Shown here: positions 27,346-34,365 of the stretch, in pieces | How positions within the stretch are numbered: the first letter of the stretch is position 1 | Layout of the letters: the number at the start of each line of letters is the position of its first letter | NCBI RefSeq assembly: GCF_007748175.1 | Contig: NZ_CP037422.1 | Span: forward strand, 968,528-1,032,527 | Origin: Gimesia aquarii | GTDB lineage: Bacteria; Planctomycetota; Planctomycetia; Planctomycetales; Planctomycetaceae | Reading direction: 5' to 3' | DNA length: 64,000 nucleotides | Translations under genes and position numbers: made by a program | Notes under the pieces: model-generated | Seen by the model: the letters and a program-made list of their open reading frames with translations, nothing else | Database searches by the model: none | Told to the model about the DNA's origin: nothing

Positions 27346-29494
27346 CTTCGCCGAACGTCTGTATTACTGTACCAGAATTGGCCAGACTTTGTCGCCCCGT
27401 CACCATAATGAGTGTCCAAAGACGTTTGGGATCAACGAGCATGTTTGTTAATTGTTCGGCTTCCTCATCGGAAAAGGCATCAATCATTCCGTCAATGAGC
27501 AACAGTCGGGGACGCCCTACAATCGCTCGTGCAATCATTAACTTACGTAACTGGTTTGTCGTCAGCGGAAATCCGGTTTCCACAATATGAGTATTTATGC
27601 CATCGGGTAGTCTCAGAACATCGTCAATCAGACCTACACGTTCCAGTGCTTCCCGAACATCACTCGTCGAAACATCGGGACGTTCCAGATGAACATTCTC
27701 CTCTAACGAACCGGAAAAGAGTTCAATATCTCGAACCAATGCGACGTGCTTTCTGAGCACATCCGGTCGAAGGTCCCGAGGATCGACTCCATTAATGGCA
27801 ACATGCCCTTCCGCTGGAACCCGTAAGCCAAATAACAAATCAAGTAGCTGACTCTTGCCACTTCCACAAGGTCCCATCAGCATCATTCGCGCGCCACGCG
27901 CAACGGTAAGATTAATACTCTCGTCATGCGAAAGATGATGTGGGAGTTCATAGCTGACATTGCTGACAATCACTTCAATCGGTTTATCGTGTGATAACGT
28001 GAGCAACCCATCCTGGCGTTCCATAGGCAGATCAAACAAAATTCCCAGTTTGTCGACTGAAGCCAATAAATCATAGTAGCTCTGTAAATGCTTACCCGAC
28101 TTGGCAAAAGAACCCACAATCACCGTAACAATCAATTCGGCTGCGACTAACTGCCCCAGTGTCAACTGATTGGTGATGACGAGCCATCCACCTAATCCCA
28201 GTAAAGCAGTACTTGCAACTGCCTGCATCCCCAAAGCAAAGATAATTTGTCGCATGACGATGCGGAAGTGTTTCTTACGGGCACTCAGATATTCATAAGT
28301 TAAATGGTCAGCCTGATCGAGGGCAAACTCACCAGCCCCCCGATAACGAAAGGCGGTTGGACAACCAACGACATCTTCCAACCAGGCCGCAACGTTGTAC
28401 TTGGCTTTAGATTCTTTAATACTGGATTTGACGGCACCACGCCCTAACACGAAAATCACGAAGGCAATTAATGCTAACAACACCATGTCGAAACCGAGCA
28501 ACCAGGGATGATAAAATGCCAGCACGGTCATACCAATTAACGTTGTCAGCACGAGAGAAATTCCATCCAACATGAGTGCTGATGATGCTTTTTGCGCAGT
28601 GACGACGTCAAAAAACCGGTTCACTAATTCTCGTCCCGACTGACCTTCAATCGCAGCAGGAACCACTCGCGGCAACCGGTAGGCAAGGTCTGCTGAGACG
28701 CGCGCAAAGAGTCTGCGTTGTATGATTTCCACAACATAAGTCTGCAGACCCAGCAAGACGGCCGAAAAGGAAAGAAATGCCAGCAACATGATCGCCAGGA
28801 TAATAACGGGCTGTAATAATCGACCAAAGGCAACAGTATTGACCAGGGTCTCCACTGCCAAAGGTGTAGCCAATGCCAGTAAACCAGTCACCAGCGCATA
28901 GATCACGACGATCCAAATATCAGACGACTCTGGCTTAAACAGAGCCATTACCCGGTTCAATGGTTCTCGCTCATGCTTGTCCATTGTCGAAAAATCAGAA
29001 GCCGTTAAGTCAGGCTTGATGACAAGACAACGGATCACCTCATCACGATTAGTAATTTGCAATGCCCTTCGCATCCTGCGGGCACTAAGCCAAATCTGGT
29101 TTTTTTCTCGGTGAGGTTGTAAAACTTGAAACCGGCGTCGTTTCGAGGAAAGAATCGCGGTCCAACGGTGAGGCTCCCCCACACGAGTAATAATCTTCCC
29201 CCCCTCTTTGGTGATGTCCATCAGCTCACGGAACGTGCAATCCATCACCTTGTCTTTGAGACCTAAACTGCGGCTCGCTTCTACTAGCCAATTCCACCAG
29301 TCATCGCCTGTTTCTGCTGTCCGCGCAGAACTCGCTTCAATTAGTGCACGACGAATCCGTGACCGGTCTGCCGAATGACCGGTATCCACTGCCAGTTGTT
29401 CAAACAGCCAGGCGGCAGCTTTAATATCACCCTGCACCGACTTCGAATCAGATTCGGTAGTGGGATCCACATTATTGGGAGGAGTAGTTGACAT
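27293..29494 (-). CDS. ABC exporter (TMD + NBD half-transporter) of T1SS/HlyB-like architecture. It has an N-terminal ~170-aa cytoplasmic domain and a catalytically degenerate NBD.
   Basis: Six-helix TMD. Walker A GPCGSGKS is intact at about 27845-27870. The signature motif reads LTTNQ (not LSGGQ). Walker B reads LLLIDG (no catalytic Glu). The H-loop region reads VTGRQS (no His). The Q-loop Gln is replaced (VALVRD). Confidence 0.8.
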   Translation of the reverse strand: MSTTPPNNVDPTTESDSKSVQGDIKAAAWLFEQLAVDTGHSADRSRIRRALIEASSARTAETGDDWWNWLVEASRSLGLKDKVMDCTFRELMDITKEGGKIITRVGEPHRWTAILSSKRRRFQVLQPHREKNQIWLSARRMRRALQITNRDEVIRCLVIKPDLTASDFSTMDKHEREPLNRVMALFKPESSDIWIVVIYALVTGLLALATPLAVETLVNTVAFGRLLQPVIILAIMLLAFLSFSAVLLGLQTYVVEIIQRRLFARVSADLAYRLPRVVPAAIEGQSGRELVNRFFDVVTAQKASSALMLDGISLVLTTLIGMTVLAFYHPWLLGFDMVLLALIAFVIFVLGRGAVKSSIKESKAKYNVAAWLEDVVGCPTAFRYRGAGEFALDQADHLTYEYLSARKKHFRIVMRQIIFALGMQAVASTALLGLGGWLVITNQLTLGQLVAAELIVTVIVGSFAKSGKHLQSYYDLLASVDKLGILFDLPMERQDGLLTLSHDKPIEVIVSNVSYELPHHLSHDESINLTVARGARMMLMGPCGSGKSQLLDLLFGLRVPAEGHVAINGVDPRDLRPDVLRKHVALVRDIELFSGSLEENVHLERPDVSTSDVREALERVGLIDDVLRLPDGINTHIVETGFPLTTNQLRKLMIARAIVGRPRLLLIDGMIDAFSDEEAEQLTNMLVDPKRLWTLIMVTGRQSLANSGTVIQTFGEDGIISTREETDDNETTA

Positions 29495-29866
29495 GAGAAA
29501 TTCGTATGGAGAAGACTATCTGAGGAAAAATTTGACAGCTTTGGTCTGCCGAAGTAATTACAACAAGCTCAATTGGTTTCTAAATGTGCAAGGACGAAAA
29601 TCTAAATTCCTTCATACACGAAGCGTCTCGCGTTAGTGGAACATACGAACACATCATGAAGCCTAAACATGCGAAACCCTTTTCGTCTATCGACAAATTT
29701 GCACACTCCCCCCTACAAAACTTGTTGAGACTAGCCCTCTCGAATTCAAATGCACTTACATTCTAGGCGAGTTTAACGGGGAGACAAGCAACGAACCACT
29801 ATTCGTGATAAATACAGGCTATATCTGAAGATTGAACAACCAAGATTCGCATTGTACGCTTAACCA

Positions 29867-30781
29867 ATGTGTTTGAATCATCAACGCAGAGAAGACAAGC
29901 CAGGATCAATTCAACTCCGTTTTCCGCACTATGAAAGTGAACAATCCATGATATCCGATTCCCGATTTTTGACTCTCCTGCCAGGAATCCTCTTGATTAC
30001 ATTGAACCCCTATTTTACGGAAGCCGAACAACCTTTGATCGTCGCCCATAGAGGATTATTACAAGTGGCGCCCGAAAACACCCTCGCTAATTTTCGAGCA
30101 TGCCTCGAACTACGACTCGGTTTTGAGTTTGATGTACAGCGGACCAAAGACGGACATCTGATTTGTATTCACGATAGCACGGTCGATCGCACTACCAATC
30201 AGACAGGCAAAGTTTCGGAGCTGACTTTAGCAGAAGTGAAACAGCTCGATGCAGGAAGTTGGTTCGATCCTCGATTTGCCGGGGAGCCAGTGCCGACTGT
30301 GGAGGAAGTTTTGCAACTGGTTGCCGCGTATCGGCAGCATAAAATTTTGATTGCCGTCGATTTTAAAGAAACAGATGTAGAACAGGATGTCGTACGCATG
30401 GCTGAGAGATTGAACGTGTTGAACCGACTGCTATTCATTGGCAGAACGATCCAGGAACCAAAAGTTCGTGCCAATATTAAAGTCATCTCCAACAAAGCAC
30501 AAACCGCGGCCGTCGCCAATAATGCCTCTGAATTTTCCTCTGCACTGGCTGTACCCGATGCGGATTGGATTTACGTGAGATACCTACCATCAAAAGAAGA
30601 AATCGAACGCGTGCATCGTGCAAACAAACGAGCGTTTATCGCAGGAGCCACGGTCAGCGGTAAGGTACCAAAGAACTGGCAGCATGCTTCTAATGTAGGT
30701 ATCGATGCCATTCTAACAGATTACCCACTGGCACTCCGAGCCACTCTCAAGCAGAAAAAACAGGTAGCGAACAGTAAGTAA
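29867..30781 (+). CDS. Glycerophosphodiester phosphodiesterase (GDPD family), secreted. The probable true start is MISDSR at 29948.
   Basis: IVAHRGLLQVAPENTLANFRACLELRLGFEFDVQRTKDGHLICIHD is the GDPD catalytic signature (HRG...E..D..T.DG). Confidence 0.85.
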   Translation: MCLNHQRREDKPGSIQLRFPHYESEQSMISDSRFLTLLPGILLITLNPYFTEAEQPLIVAHRGLLQVAPENTLANFRACLELRLGFEFDVQRTKDGHLICIHDSTVDRTTNQTGKVSELTLAEVKQLDAGSWFDPRFAGEPVPTVEEVLQLVAAYRQHKILIAVDFKETDVEQDVVRMAERLNVLNRLLFIGRTIQEPKVRANIKVISNKAQTAAVANNASEFSSALAVPDADWIYVRYLPSKEEIERVHRANKRAFIAGATVSGKVPKNWQHASNVGIDAILTDYPLALRATLKQKKQVANSK

Positions 30782-30914
30782 AAATCATAATCTCTAACGA
30801 ACCCTGCTTCAACAACTCATGTCAATGTATCGTCCGTTGCATATCGTCCATCCAGCAGCTTTCAGGTTACCCGGTAGGGTTTGACACTGCATGTTCTGTT
30901 TATGGAATCTGACG

Positions 30915-31003
30915 GGTCGATAGCAATGCAGGTTAGCTCAACAGGTTAGAGCACCAGATTTCACTCTGGATGTAGCGGGTTCGAGTCCCGTACCGACTCC
31001 CAA
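30915..31003 (+). pseudogene. tRNA-like element. It has canonical D-arm, T-arm, 3' acceptor and encoded CCA, but an aberrant 5' part and a 6-nt anticodon loop. It is probably a tRNA pseudogene or a tRNA-derived att remnant.
   Basis: TAGCTCAACAGGTTAGAGC (D arm), GCGGGTTCGAGTCCCGT (T arm), ACCGACT-C-CCA at the 3' end. The 5' strand GGTCGAT pairs 6 of 7 with the 3' strand, but 14 nt separate it from the D stem instead of 2. The anticodon stem CCAGA/TCTGG encloses only TTTCAC. Confidence 0.4.
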
Positions 31004-31444
31004 GGCCGTTGGTGAAGAACCAACACCCATGAAACCGGACGGAGGCAGAAGTCCGTTGGGTCGGCCTTAGGTAATGGAATTCAAGTAGATCGCCTGCGAT
31101 CTGCGTGGGTAACGTTGCCTGAGGCAGCACAGGATGACGCTTTGTAGTGCGTGGATACCGCATTCGTGCTTGAGTCGTTGAAGAATCAGGAAACAATGAA
31201 GTTCACCAGAACGGAATCCTACGGGGAGCCGTGAAGGAAACTTCGGCGTGAAACGATTCGGACGCTGCTGAAGACGTTTGCTGAAATGCACTCCGCGATT
31301 CATCTATGCGATCGGCGAACATTCTGCCTTCGAAAGGTGTCTTCATCAAAATTGTCACGGTATTGAAGCCGTGTTTTTTCATCGTCTTCCCTCCTTGAAA
31401 CAGAGTGGAAGTTAAAAGTCCGGGGATGATCCCCGGGGAGGTGT

Positions 31445-32554
31445 GTGGTGTTCGGAATCAAACGTTACAAAATTCGCAGCTATGAAATGGGACTACTATT
31501 CCAGAATGGTGAGTTCAAGGGGTTGCTCGAAAGTGGTACGCACTGGTTTATCGACCTGTTGTTCAAAGTTCACGTCGATGTGATCTCAGAGCGTGATCCC
31601 TGGTTGGTGCATGAGAAGCTGGACCTGATCGTCAAATCAGGAACGCTGAAGGAACGCGCCGTCGTACTGGACCTGAAGGACAACGAGCGGGCTCTGGTGT
31701 GGATTGAGAACCGATTCAGCCACATCCTGCCAGCGGGCTTGTACGCCTACTGGACGGGTCAGAAAGAGGTCCGTGTCGAAGTCGTTGATGCTCATACGGT
31801 ATGGTTCGAACACGCAGACCTCAAAGTCATCGCTCGCTCACCTATGGTGCAGAGTGTGCTCGATGTCTGCAAGGTTGAACGTGATCGTGTGGGTGTACTG
31901 TTTATAGACGGTCGTTATGTCGACACACTCGCTCCTGGTCTGTATGCCTTCTGGAAAGGTCAGTCGGAATCCAAAGTGGTCGAGATTGACCTGCGGGAGA
32001 CGATGGTTGACGTCAGCGGTCAGGACATCATGACGGCTGATAAAGTGACGTTGCGTATTAACGCAATTGTTACATACAAAATCATCGACGCGCGCAAAGC
32101 AGTCAGCCAGACGGATGACGTGCGGCAGGCATTGTATCGGGAAACACAGCTTGTACTGCGTGCGATGCTGGGTGCCCGTAACCTCGACGTCTTCCTGATC
32201 GAGAAAGACGCTGTGGCGCGGGACATCGAGGAAAATGTTCGTCAGCGCGCCAGTGAATTGGGTCTGAAAATCGCTTCAGTTGGAATCCGGGATGTGATTC
32301 TGCCAGGTGATATGAAAGATCTGATGAACAAGGTCACGGAGGCGAAAAAAGCAGCCGAGGCCAACCTGATCGCGCGGCGTGAAGAAACGGCGGCGATCCG
32401 TAGTCAGGCTAACACGGCCAAACTACTACAGGATAATCCAGTTCTGATGCGGATGCGTGAACTGGAAGTTCTGGAAAAGATCGCGTCGAACAACAAGCTC
32501 AATATCGTCCTGGGCGAGAAGGGCTTGGCGGACAAAGTGGTCAACCTGCTATGA
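31445..32554 (+). CDS. Slipin-family SPFH (band-7/prohibitin-like) protein with a GTG start. Two truncated copies of the SPFH N-terminal strand unit precede the complete SPFH domain.
   Basis: N-terminal KRYKIRSYEMGLLFQNGEFKGLLESGTHWF matches the slipin start. SPFH core (DIMTADKVTLRINAIVTYKIIDARKAV...IASVGIRDVILPGDM). Strong SD (GGGGAGG) 7 nt upstream of the GTG. Confidence 0.75.
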   Translation: MVFGIKRYKIRSYEMGLLFQNGEFKGLLESGTHWFIDLLFKVHVDVISERDPWLVHEKLDLIVKSGTLKERAVVLDLKDNERALVWIENRFSHILPAGLYAYWTGQKEVRVEVVDAHTVWFEHADLKVIARSPMVQSVLDVCKVERDRVGVLFIDGRYVDTLAPGLYAFWKGQSESKVVEIDLRETMVDVSGQDIMTADKVTLRINAIVTYKIIDARKAVSQTDDVRQALYRETQLVLRAMLGARNLDVFLIEKDAVARDIEENVRQRASELGLKIASVGIRDVILPGDMKDLMNKVTEAKKAAEANLIARREETAAIRSQANTAKLLQDNPVLMRMRELEVLEKIASNNKLNIVLGEKGLADKVVNLL

Positions 32555-32578
32555 CCACGGTCGCGATGTCATCCAGTA

Positions 32579-32618
32579 CCCCAGGTCTGAGCAATCAGAC
32601 CTGGGGTGTTATTGTTTT
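32579..32618 (+). terminator. Rho-independent terminator after the slipin gene.
   Basis: Perfect 11-bp stem CCCCAGGTCTG / CAGACCTGGGG with a 6-nt loop, followed by TGTTATTGTTTT. Confidence 0.55.
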
Positions 32619-32702
32619 AGAATCTATAAAAGACATGAAACTTTGGCATATCAAGTTCACGCAATTGAGGAGACTCAGAGTTCTCCCTCACTCGATTTAT
32701 AT

Positions 32703-32939
32703 TTACGACTCCTCAACCAGTTGAAAAATATCTTCCACACGCACATCAAAGGCTCTGGCAATTCGCAACGCAAGCAGAAGCGAAGGGGCATACTTTCCTG
32801 ATTCGAGAGCAATGATTGTCTGCCGAGTGACACCAACCTGACTTGCGAGCGTTTGTTGTGTCATCTCGTCGTGTTCAAAACGAAAGCGGCGAATTTGATT
32901 CGTAAGAGTTCCCTGTTCTTTGCTGGGCATGCCCTTCAC
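32703..32939 (-). CDS. XRE-family HTH transcriptional regulator (YozG-like, HTH_26).
   Basis: [45 protein letters not shown]. 78 aa. Confidence 0.85.
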   Translation of the reverse strand: MKGMPSKEQGTLTNQIRRFRFEHDEMTQQTLASQVGVTRQTIIALESGKYAPSLLLALRIARAFDVRVEDIFQLVEES

Positions 32940-33331
32940 CCTCTACCGTGCTGGACAAGAGTGGCAAGCGACTTCAAACCGAGAAACAGCACCAGTGCGT
33001 AAAATACACTCCACTGAACGACCATGACGGGGATGCTGCCCTGCTTCCCATAGACCATTGGTATCAGGAGACTGGCCACAAGCACATAGACGACCCAAAA
33101 AACTGAGTAACCAAGTAGTGTAGAACGCTTTTCAATCAATAAATCCCGTTCATCCATAACGACTTCATTTTCTCGCTTTCGGTAGAAGAATGGTCCAAAG
33201 CCAAGCAGACCGCACAATCCAAGTGCACCATTCGCTTTCCATCCCAGAAATGGATACAAACATCCCACGGCAATGAGACTTACTAAGATCACCACCAAAT
33301 TGAACCAGGCGTGTTTCTGTGATGCAGACAT
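32936..33331 (-). CDS. Small 4-TM membrane protein (DUF2975-like), co-operonic partner of the YozG-like regulator.
   Basis: Four hydrophobic helices. 4-nt overlap with the downstream HTH gene. This gene pairing is widespread. Confidence 0.55.
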   Translation of the reverse strand: MSASQKHAWFNLVVILVSLIAVGCLYPFLGWKANGALGLCGLLGFGPFFYRKRENEVVMDERDLLIEKRSTLLGYSVFWVVYVLVASLLIPMVYGKQGSIPVMVVQWSVFYALVLFLGLKSLATLVQHGRG

Positions 33332-33558
33332 AGGAGAACTCCTTTGACAATGTATAAATACTTCAGAATCACTGAAATTTATTGTAATGCAAACATTACT
33401 TTGTGTAAAGTAAACATTACATTGAATTGGCTAAAAATACGCAGAAATCATTGAGAATAAGAATCTCAACATCGTTTTGGGTGAGAAAGGCCTGGAGGGT
33501 AGAGCTGATAAACTGCCCGAGGCACCAAAGCGATGCCAGCAAATACTTGAGTTCTGAC

Positions 33559-34227
33559 TCAATCAGAATCAGACGAATTGCTTTTCTGAAAAAGAACAAC
33601 GTCATCACCAGACACAGTCAAATTTGCGCTCCAGTGATTCGCCAGCCACTGAAAGGTTTCGAGCGAAAAGAAGCAGACATGTGTTGGATCATTTTTGTAG
33701 TGCCAGCTTGAAAATGCCTGCCGGTTAATAACGCGTTTCGTCATGACCCCCAAAAAACCATTTGGTTTTAAACAAGACCAGAGCCGATCCAATTCCTGTC
33801 GTGGCTGATGTAAATGTTCTACGACCTCAGAGGCTGTTATAAAATCATACTGCTGTTGTAACGGTTTGAGGTCGGGGGCATAGAAGGGATCATAAATCGC
33901 CATTTTATGTCCAGCCTCTTCAAACATCACAGAGAGGGTTGGACCCGGACCTGAACCAAAATCGAGGCCGTTACTGCCGGGCACTATGCGTTCTGACAAG
34001 GGCGTAAAAAGTCGTCCCAGAAAACGGCGGTAACGCGGATCATCGACAGAGTTTTCATGATGATCGTATTGTGCCTGTTCTTCTTTGGGAGACAAAAAAT
34101 ATTTGGGCGGCACAAAAACCAAGTGGCAAGTCGGGCAGTAAAAATACTCGCGACGGTCCTGATGGAAAGGGCTCCTTTTTTCAGTAAAACATAAGGGACA
34201 GCTTTGGTTAACAGACTCTTGACTCAC
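33559..34227 (-). CDS. Class I SAM-dependent methyltransferase with an N-terminal Cys4 zinc-ribbon.
   Basis: CPLCF...CPTCHLVF zinc ribbon. Motif I LDFGSGPG. Short MTase fold. Confidence 0.7.
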   Translation of the reverse strand: MSQESVNQSCPLCFTEKRSPFHQDRREYFYCPTCHLVFVPPKYFLSPKEEQAQYDHHENSVDDPRYRRFLGRLFTPLSERIVPGSNGLDFGSGPGPTLSVMFEEAGHKMAIYDPFYAPDLKPLQQQYDFITASEVVEHLHQPRQELDRLWSCLKPNGFLGVMTKRVINRQAFSSWHYKNDPTHVCFFSLETFQWLANHWSANLTVSGDDVVLFQKSNSSDSD

Positions 34228-34365
34228 TGAGACTATTCCATTATGTGATTAATGATATATAACATGGTCGAAAAAAACCGCATGATTTACCAAGGGTTTT
34301 CGATTTTCTTTCTTAACAAAGGGCTGTTTCTTGCTCACCATTTTTCAGAGATCATCACTTTTTTG

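Noticed and set aside
29040-29494. C39 double-glycine peptidase domain at the N-terminus of the ABC exporter
   Set aside because: A DCT...PHRW pair exists, but the Cys-His spacing is about 24 aa instead of about 80 and the Gln/Asp positions do not fit. I cannot support a C39 call by eye.
31067-31303. 78-aa minus-strand ORF in the slipin leader region
   Set aside because: The protein is Arg/Pro/Cys-rich with no motif, and it overlaps the predicted hairpins. It is more likely non-coding. Only the 26-codon ORF with a strong SD is retained, as a low-confidence note.
31400-31440. AAAAGTCCGGGG resembling the RNase P RNA P4 motif GGAAAGTCCGGGC
   Set aside because: Only about 45 nt separate it from the slipin start codon, so there is no room for a 350-nt RNase P RNA. 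Other conserved RNase P blocks are not seen.
30782-31444. tmRNA (ssrA) hypothesis for the tRNA-like T-arm/CCA
   Set aside because: The tRNA-like 3' end is followed, not preceded, by non-coding sequence. Upstream is the GDPD coding region. There is no ANDENYALAA-type tag reading frame. The D-arm-like sequence is not a tmRNA feature.
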